In this document: positions 22,105-32,860 of the stretch, piece after piece | Layout: each line of letters begins with the position of its first letter | Position numbering within the stretch: the first letter of the stretch is position 1 | Assembly (NCBI GenBank): GCA_029838195.1 | Contig: JALGVJ010000002.1 | Span: 1-64,000 of the forward strand | DNA from: Promethearchaeota archaeon | Lineage (GTDB): Archaea > Asgardarchaeota > Lokiarchaeia > Sigyniarchaeales > SOKP01 | Direction: 5' to 3' | Length of the DNA: 64,000 bases | Position numbers and translations under genes: made by a program | Notes under the pieces: model-generated | Seen by the model: only the letters and a program-made list of their open reading frames with translations | What the model was told of the DNA's origin: nothing | Databases searched by the model: none

Positions 22105-23910
22105 ACGTTAAGACAAGTATATATTTATAAAAAAAATAAGAAACTGTATCATCGCCAATTTGGAAAAGCTTTAAATCCAGAAGCGTTCGATAATTTATTG
22201 AAAGACTTGAAAAAAGATGCTTTCGGTAAAGGAGGGAAAAACCTTGATATATTTGACTACTACAAATATCGAATCGCTTTCGCAACTGAAAAAGATCTGG
22301 GATTATTAATCATTTTTGTTTCGGGATTGACTGATAACCCCGATAATATTAAAAAAGAATTAATTCGGTGTAAAAAAGAATTCTTAAATCTTTTCCAAGA
22401 TATGCTTGAAACTGAACAAAACACTGCCACCTTTGAAATGTTTGACCCTACCATCGATTCTATCCATCGAAATCTACGTCCTAAAATCTCTCTCGTTGGC
22501 TTTTCTGGTGTCGGTAAAACTACTATCACCAAATTAATTAAAGCAGAAGAGATTCCAATGAAACACATACCCACCATAACAGGAGACATCGCAACCATTA
22601 AAATAGGGAAACTTCATTTCCATTTATGGGATTTCGCCGGTCAAGAGCAATTTTCGTATTTATGGAATAATTTCATTAAAGGCAGCGATGCTGTTCTTTT
22701 AATTACAGATTCTACATTGGAAAATGTTGAAAAGAGCAAGTTTTTCTTGGAATTGATTAAAGAACAGGCCCCACATGCACATGCTGCCGTGATTGGGAAT
22801 AAACAGGATTTGCCAGATGCCTTGAAACCCAATCAGATTGAAAAAATAATTGGGTTAAAAACCTATAAAATGGTAGCAACGGATCCCGGAAATCGAGATA
22901 AAATGATTCAAATCATCGCAGACATATTAGACATGAGTGCTGAAGTTTCTCCACTCCTAAAACCATTAATGGATCGAGATAAATTAACTGAAGAAGCTGA
23001 AAAGGCTCTGGAAGAAAATAGATTATTAGACGCTGCTGAAATCTATGAAAAAATAAGTGATTTATGCATTGAATTAGGAGATGATTCCTATGGACAAGAA
23101 TTTCACAATTTAGCCGAAAAAATTAGGAATTCAATTAAAGAGATTGACAAAAAGAAAGAAGTAGAACCAGAAAAAGTAATAGAAGAAATACCTGAAGAAA
23201 CTGCTAAGATCCCTGAAAAATCAAAAACGCAAGAGAAACTACATCTTCCTAAATTTAAAGCACCAAAACCAAAAGTCAAACCGCTGCCTTCTATCTCATT
23301 AAAAAAGCCAGAAAAACTTAAAATTGAGCCACCACAAGAAACAAAAATTGAACAAGAACACGATACCCAAATCGAGCTCCCTCTCGTGGAAAATGAAGTA
23401 GAAACCACACAAGAACAGCAACAAGCTGCCCCAAAAATCAATATCGAAGAACTAAAAATAAAAGAACCACCCAAAAAAGTAGTTCATGTCCCAGGTGATG
23501 CTAAAGAAAAGATAAAAACCTCCGCTTATGCTCACGTAGAAAATGTTATGCAACCTCTTAAATCAAAATTAGAAACACCCTCCGTTTCGGAAGCTCAAAT
23601 AAAAATGGAAAGCTCTGATGAGATTAAAATAAAAGAGGAAATTCAAGAAAAAGAGGTAATAAAAGAAGAAGAATCTAAAACTGAAGAGGTAGATGATGAA
23701 CAAAAGAAGAATTTAGAAAAAACTTTATTAGACTTAAAAATTAAAAAAGCAAATATCTCAAAAATGAGCTTAGAAATTGAAATGCAAGAATTAACTGGCG
23801 AATTGACCGCTGATGAAGTAAAAATGAAACTAGAAAAAATTAATTTATTAGAAAAAAAAATAGATGATCAAATGAAAGAAATTCAAGACCTTTTAAAAAA
23901 TCTTGAATAA
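22105..23910 (+). CDS. Small GTPase (Arf/Rab-like) with N-terminal longin-like domain, helical repeat, low-complexity linker and C-terminal coiled coil
   Basis: G1 GFSGVGKT, G3 WDFAGQE, G4 GNKQD. Frame is open upstream of TTG 22198 to a stop at 22096-98; candidate ACG start at 22105 behind AGGTGA. Confidence 0.85.
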   Translation, partial: TLRQVYIYKKNKKLYHRQFGKALNPEAFDNLLKDLKKDAFGKGGKNLDIFDYYKYRIAFATEKDLGLLIIFVSGLTDNPDNIKKELIRCKKEFLNLFQDMLETEQNTATFEMFDPTIDSIHRNLRPKISLVGFSGVGKTTITKLIKAEEIPMKHIPTITGDIATIKIGKLHFHLWDFAGQEQFSYLWNNFIKGSDAVLLITDSTLENVEKSKFFLELIKEQAPHAHAAVIGNKQDLPDALKPNQIEKIIGLKTYKMVATDPGNRDKMIQIIADILDMSAEVSPLLKPLMDRDKLTEEAEKALEENRLLDAAEIYEKISDLCIELGDDSYGQEFHNLAEKIRNSIKEIDKKKEVEPEKVIEEIPEETAKIPEKSKTQEKLHLPKFKAPKPKVKPLPSISLKKPEKLKIEPPQETKIEQEHDTQIELPLVENEVETTQEQQQAAPKINIEELKIKEPPKKVVHVPGDAKEKIKTSAYAHVENVMQPLKSKLETPSVSEAQIKMESSDEIKIKEEIQEKEVIKEEESKTEEVDDEQKKNLEKTLLDLKIKKANISKMSLEIEMQELTGELTADEVKMKLEKINLLEKKIDDQMKEIQDLLKNLE

Positions 23911-23953
23911 CACCATGCTAATTTTTATTTATAGTGAAAAATAATTTTAATTC

Positions 23954-25408
23954 ATGAAAAAAAAAGAAATTGTATCTCTTTCCTTCTTTCTGTTTCTCAT
24001 TCTAATTTTAATCATGGATAATACCTTAATCCTTTCCAATGAAGTATTAATAGCTGCAGATTTGGGAATTTATTTTGACATTATTGGAATCATGTTAGGC
24101 ACTTACACCATTATTCATGGAATAGCTATCCTCTCCTTCGGATATCTTTCTGATATTATAACAAGAAAAAAATTATTAATCGTGGCGGGTTTTCTGTGGG
24201 GTGGAACTGCTCTATTGCATGTTTTAATAACAGAGATTTGGCAATTATTTTTAGCCCGAATCGTTGCAGCTATCGCGACGGGCGTGACGGCTCCCCTATC
24301 CATTTCTTATTTAGCCGATATCATTCCATCAACAGCTCGTTCTAAAGCATTTGCCTCGTGGTCACTCATTTCTACTATTGGATATTTAATCGCAGGAAGT
24401 TTTGCTCTCTCTTTCAACCGAATTCCCTATGAAGAATTAGAAGCTGCCGGCGTATCTGAAAATCTTAATTATATTATTGTTAACTATTCCCATTTAGTTA
24501 ACACGTGGCGTTATCCCTTTTTTTATTTAGGAATTTTAGCCTTATTCGTGAGCTTTTTAAATATATTTTTTACTATAGAACCTAAACGAGGAGCTAAAGA
24601 AAAAGGATTAGAGGCACTTCTCAAGGAAGAAAAATATCAATATTCTTATAAAATAAAAATCTCAGATTTGAAGTTTATCTTCGTGAGAAAATCCAATTTT
24701 TTTCTCATTTTAAATTTCTTTGACGTGATTGCTTCCGGTCTCTTAACCGCTTTCATTTTTCCTTATATCAATTTAGAAATGGGAATCTCCTTTAGCGATC
24801 CTGTTGGGTTACTGGCGATCGCTATCTTGTTGGCTTTTATCATTCCATTATCTCTTTTTATCGGCCAGTTTGGATTAGCACATTGGGGTGATAAAAAAGT
24901 TCAAAAAGGAGATTTATCCGGAAGGGTAAAAGTAGCAACTATTTGCGGAATTTTAAATTTACCCTTTTTGATCATTGCTTTCCTAATGTCGCCTAACGTT
25001 ACAAGAAAAAGTTTCTTTTTTGATACGCTTTCCTCGACAGGAATAGAATTTTGGGTATTTTGGACGCTATTTTCTTTATTATTAGGCATTGGGTTAGCGT
25101 TCAGTTTTGGAATTGCTCCCAATTGGTATTCTTCTTTAATTGATGTTAATTTACCAGAACATAGAGGAACAATGGTCGCCATGGCATCTTTCGTTGATAC
25201 TTTCGGAAGAGCTTTTGGAGCGTTCCTGGGCGGATTTATTGTTACAGCAACAAACTCCTTTTCAACTGCATTATTTTGGTCCACGTTAATTTTTGGAATC
25301 GTTTCTACATGTTTCTGGGTTCCCTTATTTTTCACGTGTCAAAAGGATTTTAATGCAGTTGCTGAAATTTTAAAAGAAAGGGCTGAAAAATTAAAAAGTA
25401 AAGAATGA
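23954..25408 (+). CDS. MFS transporter
   Basis: GYLSDIITRK motif A, about 12 TM segments. Confidence 0.85.
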   Translation: MKKKEIVSLSFFLFLILILIMDNTLILSNEVLIAADLGIYFDIIGIMLGTYTIIHGIAILSFGYLSDIITRKKLLIVAGFLWGGTALLHVLITEIWQLFLARIVAAIATGVTAPLSISYLADIIPSTARSKAFASWSLISTIGYLIAGSFALSFNRIPYEELEAAGVSENLNYIIVNYSHLVNTWRYPFFYLGILALFVSFLNIFFTIEPKRGAKEKGLEALLKEEKYQYSYKIKISDLKFIFVRKSNFFLILNFFDVIASGLLTAFIFPYINLEMGISFSDPVGLLAIAILLAFIIPLSLFIGQFGLAHWGDKKVQKGDLSGRVKVATICGILNLPFLIIAFLMSPNVTRKSFFFDTLSSTGIEFWVFWTLFSLLLGIGLAFSFGIAPNWYSSLIDVNLPEHRGTMVAMASFVDTFGRAFGAFLGGFIVTATNSFSTALFWSTLIFGIVSTCFWVPLFFTCQKDFNAVAEILKERAEKLKSKE

Positions 25409-25466
25409 AAGTTAATTATCTTAAATTAACTTAAAAGATAAATCTTCATTTTCTTCCTATAATATT

Positions 25467-26342
25467 TTAAAGTAGATGTTTAAGATACTCGTCCGGAACT
25501 CCGGCTTCTCCCATTTTTATCCCTTTTTTACCTCCGTGATAATCTGACCCACCCGATTTTATCAAACCATATTTCTCAGCAATGTGATTATAATATTTTG
25601 GACAATTTTCTTGCGCCCAATTTGCTTTTTTTGTATTTACAAAAGGCCGATTCTTAGAATAAGTATATTCTATTTCAATACCTTTAATGCCACTTTCAAT
25701 GCACATTTTAATGAATTTCTCTCGATCTGAGACTTGATAAATTCCAGGATGAGCTAAAATGGGAAGTCCTCCACTTGCTTCTATCAAATCAATGGATTCT
25801 TCTAAAGTCAATTCAAAAGACCGCTCCACATGAGCAGCACCTCCATGACTAATCAATTTAAATAACTCGTTTTTAGTATAATCTTTGACCTTTTCGGGAT
25901 TATTTTTAATTAAAACCTCAACAATATGAGGACGTCCTACCGAAGTTCCACCTGCTCTCGCTTTAACTTCTTCGAAATCAATATTAAAACCAAATTCCTC
26001 CCGCAATCTCTTACATATTTCTTGCTTTTGTTGGAGACGCCCCTCCATTTGTTTTTTTAATGTTTTATTTAAAATTGCTGAATCATGATCAATATTTAAT
26101 CCAACAACATGAACATCTATTAAATTGCGTTTTGGTTCATGTTGGAGAGAAATCTCTATTCCCGGTAATACAATAATTTCACTCTTTTCGCCATGCGAAA
26201 GAAACTCTCTGATACCATCAATAGTATCATGGTCAGTCAATGCAATTGCTTTTAATCCATTAATAGTTATTGCTTCTTCTATTAATTGCGTGGGAGTTAG
26301 TAAACCATCCGAAAAATTTGAATGCAAATGTAAATCTATCAT
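25467..26342 (-). CDS. PHP-domain phosphoesterase (YciV/TrpH-like)
   Basis: DLHLHSNFSDG, LTDHD, GRPH, LAHP, GGSDYHG. Confidence 0.9.
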   Translation of the reverse strand: MIDLHLHSNFSDGLLTPTQLIEEAITINGLKAIALTDHDTIDGIREFLSHGEKSEIIVLPGIEISLQHEPKRNLIDVHVVGLNIDHDSAILNKTLKKQMEGRLQQKQEICKRLREEFGFNIDFEEVKARAGGTSVGRPHIVEVLIKNNPEKVKDYTKNELFKLISHGGAAHVERSFELTLEESIDLIEASGGLPILAHPGIYQVSDREKFIKMCIESGIKGIEIEYTYSKNRPFVNTKKANWAQENCPKYYNHIAEKYGLIKSGGSDYHGGKKGIKMGEAGVPDEYLKHLL

Positions 26343-26644
26343 TATTTGAATGAATTAAACATCTAAATTCTCTTTTTGCGTGGATAATTTTTTTGAATAA
26401 AAAGATCCATATCCTTTTTAAAAATAGTAATAATTCTTATTAAAATGAAGCATGCGATTAAAACCTATTATCTCTGCTGATATCTCAGATTTTACCAGTT
26501 CTATGAAAACTTTTCTAAAGATTATTAGGTTTAATGCTAAAATATTTTTGTAATCCGTGTTTTAAATGAATAAAATTGTTATAAGAAAAAATGGACTTTT
26601 TGAACGACATTCTATAAAATTAACAAAAATGTGAAGAAATCACC

Positions 26645-28078
26645 ATGTCAATAGTCGTCATGAAATTTGGTGGAAGTTGCCTGAAAAATCATGAAGCATT
26701 TGAAAAAATCTATAATATCACTCAGGTCTATAAAGATCATAAGAAAGTGTACGTGGCATCCGCTCTAAGTGGAATCACGGATTTATTGCTCTCAACAGCT
26801 CAAAATCTGGATGAGCCTGCAATAGTGGATAAAAACATTGCATTAATTGAAAAAAAACACTTGGATATTATTGAACAAATTTTTGAGGAAGATTCCCCTT
26901 ATTATAACAATTCAAAAGATTGGCTCGATAAAAAATTAAGTGAGCTCGAAGATGCATTCGCCGATATTATAGAATTTGGACTTGAACCTTATTATCAAGA
27001 TTATATCGTAAGTTTTGGTGAAATATTATCCACCTATATTTTAAATCAATTTTTATTGAGCAAGGGTTTTAATTCCGTTTATATCGCCGCAAATTATTTG
27101 ATCATTACTAACGATAACTTCAATAAGGCTTATCCCCTCTATGAGTTGACAAACAATCGAGTTAAGAATAAAATCATTCCACTTTTAGAAAATCCTAAAG
27201 AAGATTCCATTATCTGCGTGACTGGATTTATTGGACGCAATAAAATCGGATACATTACAACACTCGGAAGAGGAGGCTCTGACTACACGGCGACCATTTT
27301 AGCTCGTTCCATCCATGATACATGTTCAGATAAAGATATTAAGGTCATTCTTTGGAAAGATGTTGATGGGCTGTTAATAGTTGACCCAAAATATATGCCG
27401 GAATCTTCCTTAATAAAAAATCTGAGCTATAATGAAGCCAAACAAATTTCGCATTTTGGTGCCAAAATCCTTCATCCTAAATGTCTGGAAGCCATTGAAA
27501 AAAGAAACATCCCCCTCGAAATCAGAAATTTCGAAAAACCACTCGAAGAAGTTAGATTTACCCTCATCTCCGCTCATAGCGATTCTGAACAAATCAAGGG
27601 CATCTCAGTCGTAGATGATGCTACTGTCATTAACGTGATTTCTGGTACCATGGTAGACGTTCCTGGGGTGCTTGCTAAAATCTTTAAAATCATGGGAAAA
27701 AATGGTATTAGCGTGTCCTTTGTCGCTCAAAGTTCTTCTGAAATCTCCACTTCTTTCATCGTAAAAAATGCTGATGCAGATCGAGCCATTCAAGCTCTGC
27801 GGAATGCTAATTTATTTTCGGATTTTTATGAGGTATACTCCGAGAAGGTGGGCGTGATCAATATTACCGGGAAAAAAATTCTCGAAAATCAGACAAAAGC
27901 GAAAATTTTTAATGCACTCGCTAAAAAAAATATTAAAGTAAAAGCAATTTCACAGAGTTTTGAGGAACTAAATCTTTCTATTATTATCCCTAAAGAAAAA
28001 TTAAATCAAGCTATCATGATGATTCACAATGATCTCTGCGAAGATTTCAATTCAAATGAATGCAAGAATGGAGAATAG
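26645..28078 (+). CDS. lysC: Aspartate kinase with ACT domains
   Basis: VMKFGGS, TTLGRGGSDYTA, FGAKILHP, C-terminal ACT domains. Confidence 0.9.
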   Translation: MSIVVMKFGGSCLKNHEAFEKIYNITQVYKDHKKVYVASALSGITDLLLSTAQNLDEPAIVDKNIALIEKKHLDIIEQIFEEDSPYYNNSKDWLDKKLSELEDAFADIIEFGLEPYYQDYIVSFGEILSTYILNQFLLSKGFNSVYIAANYLIITNDNFNKAYPLYELTNNRVKNKIIPLLENPKEDSIICVTGFIGRNKIGYITTLGRGGSDYTATILARSIHDTCSDKDIKVILWKDVDGLLIVDPKYMPESSLIKNLSYNEAKQISHFGAKILHPKCLEAIEKRNIPLEIRNFEKPLEEVRFTLISAHSDSEQIKGISVVDDATVINVISGTMVDVPGVLAKIFKIMGKNGISVSFVAQSSSEISTSFIVKNADADRAIQALRNANLFSDFYEVYSEKVGVINITGKKILENQTKAKIFNALAKKNIKVKAISQSFEELNLSIIIPKEKLNQAIMMIHNDLCEDFNSNECKNGE

Positions 28079-28331
28079 TAATTTTTTAAATCGTGCATTT
28101 TCCTTACGGCTTAAAAAAAGTATAATATAAACCTTGAATTTGTTTTCCTCTTTTTCCGAACAAAATTTATCAAGGATTAATTTCGTAGTTTTTTCCTTTC
28201 TTATTTTTCTTAATCAAAAAGAAAAATGAAAAAAGAATCTAATACCAGTTCCTTCTCTTAAAGAACCAATAATACAAGATAAGAACAAGAAGATATAATG
28301 AAATAAGGTACTATATTCTTTTCTACCGCAT

Positions 28332-28856
28332 TCAAGTTCTTGAATCTATTATTCTCCTCGTTAGCTCTGTAAACGCCTCATCCACATTTACGCCGGTTTT
28401 AGCCGAAGTTTCTATATAAATCGATCCCTCACTCTCCGCAAATTGTCGTGCCTCCTCCCTATCAATTACCTCTCCCACATCCTCCAAAAGATCTGCCTTG
28501 TTCCCGATGAGTACGAATGGAATGTTTTCTCCGGCAAATTGCCTGATTTCTGCTAGCCATTTCCTCGTTTCAGTATAAGTTTGTTCACGAGTCAGATCAA
28601 AAACAAGTAATGCTCCCGCTGCCCCCTTGTAAAAGGTTGACCGAATGAATTCAAAGCGTTGTTGACCACCAATGTCCCATATAGAAAGCGTGGCAATTTC
28701 CCCGGGTTTAAATTCTACATCTTTCGTGAGGATATCTACCCCTACAGTGAGTTTATAATTAGCAGCAAATCTATTTTTGATAAAACGTTGAACTAAACTG
28801 GTTTTTCCGACGGCAGCGGCGCCAGTTAAAAGAACTTTTAGCTTAAAACTTGACAT
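28332..28856 (-). CDS. Rab-like small GTPase
   Basis: GAAAVGKT, TVGVD, WDIGGQ, GNKAD, ETSAK; no C-terminal Cys. Confidence 0.92.
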   Translation of the reverse strand: MSSFKLKVLLTGAAAVGKTSLVQRFIKNRFAANYKLTVGVDILTKDVEFKPGEIATLSIWDIGGQQRFEFIRSTFYKGAAGALLVFDLTREQTYTETRKWLAEIRQFAGENIPFVLIGNKADLLEDVGEVIDREEARQFAESEGSIYIETSAKTGVNVDEAFTELTRRIIDSRT

Positions 28857-29139
28857 GAAGATTTTCTACTCCATTTTTAGGGAATTAAAATATATGAATT
28901 AAAATTCTTGATAGTATATAAAATATTATTAAAATAGTTATTTAAGAATTTATTTACTTCTTTAAAAGCATCAACTATTAATTATTTTAATTAAAAGGGT
29001 AATAGAAATTCTTTCTTATAAATTTTCTCATTTGGAAAGAAGAACTATTTAAAGGAGTTGAGGGTGATAAGGGATAGTGTATTATTTAAAGAAATCATTT
29101 CTATAGATACGAATGGAGGAAAAAAAAAAAAGGAAAGGA

Positions 29140-31119
29140 TTATCGGATTGGAAGGTGAAGATAAAAGTCCTTCAAGGAGAAAAATTCATCAAGGTTCATG
29201 TGTGGAAAATACATTGCTTGGGCATATTCTCGTTGAAACATCTTTTTAGTTGCGATTTCCACATAAGTAATGCGTTTTAATAGTTTTTGGGCTTTTTTTC
29301 TGAGATTTTTATTAATGAGACAAAGTTTAGCCCCAGAGCCAGCAGCATTACCTATTTGAAAAATTTTCTCTGCCGGGATATCAGGGATCATGCCGATAAA
29401 TTTGGTGTTATGCTTATCAATATAATTACCGAATGCACCAGCAAGGAAGATTTGAGAAATGCTGAGCGGATCCGGATTCTCATGTATCAATTTGGAGTTA
29501 AGTTCTTGAAGAATAATCTTCATGCCAGAGTAAAATGCGGCTTTAGCCATTTGAATTTGACGGATGTCCGATTGAGAGATGGTAATATCTCTATTGAGGG
29601 GCGTATTTTCTTTTTTTACGATGATAAAAGCATGTTCTTTATTTTTTTTAATGATCCTCTCGTGATCGAGAAAATTTTTATTGAAATTGCCATTACGCGT
29701 GATTATTTTTGATTTTAACATTTCTGCGATGATATCGATGAGACCAGAACCACAAATACCAATTGGAGGCCGATTTTTTATGGTAGTATATTTAATTTCG
29801 AAGGTCTCCGGATCAATTTTTACCGTATCAATGGAACCCGAAGCTGCTCTCATTCCATCTTTAATGTGTGCGCCTTCAAGGGCAGAACCTGCAGCACAAG
29901 ATCCTGTTGCCAATATATATTTATTTCCAATAATGAGTTCTCCATTTGTTCCAATATCGATAACGAGAGTTAACTCCTCTTCTTTGTCAACATTTGAGGC
30001 TAGCATTACTCCCATGGTATCTGCGCCAACGAATCCTGCGATGAGGGGAAGCAAGTGAATATTTCCATTAGGGTGTATTTTTAACCCAAAATTTTTATTG
30101 GGAATGTCTATATTTCTTTGGAGTGCTGGAACGTAGGGACTTAAGCCGATATAAGTAGGATTGATGTTAAGAAAAATATGATGCATGACTGAATTTCCAA
30201 CGATGGAGGCTTCATGAATTTGATAAGGTGAGATATTTCCCATCTTGCAGGTTTTAATTATAATTTCATTAATGGCTTCGATGATTAAATCATGAAGTTT
30301 TTGAAGGCCTTTTTTATTTTCCTTGATGAAAGTAATTCTCGTGATTAAATCTTCTCCGTAGGCTGTTTGGGGATTTAATTTAGAGGAGATAGCATGAGTT
30401 TTTCCATCATTGAGGTTGATGAGATACCCGACCAGCGTAGTAGTTCCGATATCAATGGCGATTCCAAAATTATTCTGAGTTTTGTTTCCTTCTTCGATTG
30501 CTATGATAGATTGTTCATTCCATTCTGTAATTGTAACTCCATTTTTTGAGGTACGGAGTATTTGTGGCAATGATTTTAAAACATCATGTTCAATTCGAAT
30601 ACCATCATGGAGAGAAACACCATGCGTCTCTTTAATTTTAGTTAATAACCTTTCTAAATCAGGAATGGGACGAGATAATGTAGGGGGCTCCACAACACAA
30701 AAGAATTTCTTTATGGCAGGATTTATTTTCATTTCTTTTTGAATTCCCTCTGTCAAAACTTTAAAGTCTTCAATGAGCAATTCATCGGGTAAAAAGATTC
30801 GCAAGTGCGGAGGTTCTTTTTTTCTGATAATTTCCAATTCCTGCTCATTCAAGTACGCTTGGCATGCCAATCGCCAATTTTTTTCCAATTCCTCCTTTTC
30901 TAATAATTCATGTTCGTTCTGGGTTGGAGGTGTTAGAGCATTCCGGCCTTTTTGAATTAGAATTTTACATTTTCCACATGTTCCTAATCCCCCACATAAG
31001 GACCTTATACGAATTCCATTTGAAATTAATGTTTGATAGAGCGAAAGGCCAGGAATAAAATGAATTCTTCTTGAGATGGGTTCAAAATCGATTATTATGG
31101 GTTGATTTTTTTTATTCAT
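29140..31119 (-). CDS. ASKHA-domain ATPase with N-terminal 2Fe-2S (corrinoid reductive activator, RACE/AcsV-like)
   Basis: CGGLGTCGKC...RLACQ, IDIGTT, DIGTNGE, GICGSG, LAGAFG. Confidence 0.88.
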   Translation of the reverse strand: MNKKNQPIIIDFEPISRRIHFIPGLSLYQTLISNGIRIRSLCGGLGTCGKCKILIQKGRNALTPPTQNEHELLEKEELEKNWRLACQAYLNEQELEIIRKKEPPHLRIFLPDELLIEDFKVLTEGIQKEMKINPAIKKFFCVVEPPTLSRPIPDLERLLTKIKETHGVSLHDGIRIEHDVLKSLPQILRTSKNGVTITEWNEQSIIAIEEGNKTQNNFGIAIDIGTTTLVGYLINLNDGKTHAISSKLNPQTAYGEDLITRITFIKENKKGLQKLHDLIIEAINEIIIKTCKMGNISPYQIHEASIVGNSVMHHIFLNINPTYIGLSPYVPALQRNIDIPNKNFGLKIHPNGNIHLLPLIAGFVGADTMGVMLASNVDKEEELTLVIDIGTNGELIIGNKYILATGSCAAGSALEGAHIKDGMRAASGSIDTVKIDPETFEIKYTTIKNRPPIGICGSGLIDIIAEMLKSKIITRNGNFNKNFLDHERIIKKNKEHAFIIVKKENTPLNRDITISQSDIRQIQMAKAAFYSGMKIILQELNSKLIHENPDPLSISQIFLAGAFGNYIDKHNTKFIGMIPDIPAEKIFQIGNAAGSGAKLCLINKNLRKKAQKLLKRITYVEIATKKMFQREYAQAMYFPHMNLDEFFSLKDFYLHLPIR

Positions 31120-31347
31120 TATTAAATGGTAGAAAAATTAATTAATTTTTAATTTATTGAAATGAATATAAATTAGAGAGGGAGAGCACATGAGGAATGT
31201 TTAAAATTGTTTTAATATACCATTTGACGATTAAAAAAGCATGATTTCATGATTAATCAAAATTTAATTAAAATACGGTATTTTTAAAATAAATTTAAGT
31301 ATTAAATTTTATACATCTTATTTTGAATGGATGATGAGTGAAATAAC

Positions 31348-32853
31348 ATGGAACGATTTGAATTAGCCGAGAAAGCACTTGAATTTCTAAGTTTAGCAGA
31401 ACAATTTGAAAAAGCGGATAATTTTTCTCAAGCAATTGAGAATTACCAGAAAGCTGCTGAATACATGCAAAAAAGTGGATTATTGAAACATCGCATAGAA
31501 GAAATTTATAGAATAATTGAAAATTTAAAGAAAAGTCTTAACATGGATTTGGTCAATCAGCAATTAGAAAGGCAAGATCAAATAGATCAACTTCAACTTC
31601 AAGCATTTCATTCAATAGAAACTGCAAAACGATTAGAATCTAAAAATGAGATTGAAGAAGCCATTCAACATTACACATCTGCTTTAATCTCATTAAAAAA
31701 AGCAGGATGGTCAGAAGAGCAATTAAAAAACTTAGAAATTAAGAGAAATCATTTACTTCAGAGGCCAGAACGTCAACACTTGAAAAACGGCGCAGCTTCT
31801 TTTGAGAAAAAAAAGCCTCCTATCATTACACTATTATATGAACCACGTGTCATTTTTCGTGATGAAGGATTTTTAGGAGAAAAAGCAATTACAAAAAAAG
31901 TAAAATCAGAAAGATTAAAGACTTTTGAAACTAAAAGAAGACGGGAAGAAGAGATTCAGAATCGTGCCTTTTCCCATCTTGATGAAGCAAAAAAGCAAGA
32001 AGCTAATGAAGAGTATTTAAAAGCTCTTCTAAATTATCAAAAAGCTTTAGAATTATTAAATTCCATAGGATGGCATCATCAAACTCGAAATATTAAAGCA
32101 ATAATTATCAATTTGAAAAAGCAAATCCAAGATCAAAAAAAATCTGCCAAATTGGAGCAAGTAGAAGAGAAATCCACGATTGAGGAGCGTGGAGAACCCA
32201 AGATAATACAGCCGGAGCCAATGGAAGAGCTTCGAGAATACAAGGTTCTTGAATTAAAGAAAAAAAGAGAAGAAGTTGAACAGATTCAGAATAAAGCATT
32301 CAAGCTAATTGATAAAGCTAATGAGCTAGAAAAAGCAGAAGAACTTGATGAAGCACTCACAAATCTAAATGAGGCAATAAAATTGTTAAAATCTATTGGT
32401 TGGGACGATTATTTAACCCCAATCATCACAAAAATTAATCAAATCAAAGATAAAAAGTTGACTCAAGAAAGAAAGAGAGAATTAGAACAAAAAATGAAAC
32501 AAGTTGTTGAAAAAGCAGAACTTGAACAAGTCGATTTAAAAGAAGTAGAAATAGCAGAAAATTTAGAAGATGTAGATATTTTGACTAAAAAAATAACTCA
32601 AATGGTAGAAAAAAGTAAAAAGGATATAATGTTAAGGGAAAAGCAAAGACGAGAAAACGTGAAAGCTCAAGCAGCTCAATTTAGCAAATCCATGGGAGAC
32701 TTAATTAAGCTTAAAAGAGAATTTATTGAAGAATTAAAAAAAGCGAAAATGGAGGAGGAAAAAAAACTACAGCAGTTAGAGCAAGAAAAAGAGAGAGAAA
32801 AATTAGATGAGATTGCACGGATGTTAGATGAGCTTAATAGGAAAAAGCAATGA
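31348..32853 (+). CDS. Helical-repeat (MIT/TPR-like) coiled-coil protein
   Basis: Four related units A..A...E......A...Y..A..L....G(W), separated by E/K-rich coiled coils. Confidence 0.6.
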   Translation: MERFELAEKALEFLSLAEQFEKADNFSQAIENYQKAAEYMQKSGLLKHRIEEIYRIIENLKKSLNMDLVNQQLERQDQIDQLQLQAFHSIETAKRLESKNEIEEAIQHYTSALISLKKAGWSEEQLKNLEIKRNHLLQRPERQHLKNGAASFEKKKPPIITLLYEPRVIFRDEGFLGEKAITKKVKSERLKTFETKRRREEEIQNRAFSHLDEAKKQEANEEYLKALLNYQKALELLNSIGWHHQTRNIKAIIINLKKQIQDQKKSAKLEQVEEKSTIEERGEPKIIQPEPMEELREYKVLELKKKREEVEQIQNKAFKLIDKANELEKAEELDEALTNLNEAIKLLKSIGWDDYLTPIITKINQIKDKKLTQERKRELEQKMKQVVEKAELEQVDLKEVEIAENLEDVDILTKKITQMVEKSKKDIMLREKQRRENVKAQAAQFSKSMGDLIKLKREFIEELKKAKMEEEKKLQQLEQEKEREKLDEIARMLDELNRKKQ

Positions 32854-32860
32854 GGAAAGA

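Noticed and set aside
26343-26644. Possible lysine riboswitch upstream of aspartate kinase
   Set aside because: AT-rich with no recognisable conserved helices
29287-31058. Several + strand ORFs within the ASKHA gene (and similar antisense ORFs at 22260, 23103, 24901, 35268, 46221)
   Set aside because: Antisense shadows of well-supported genes with no motifs
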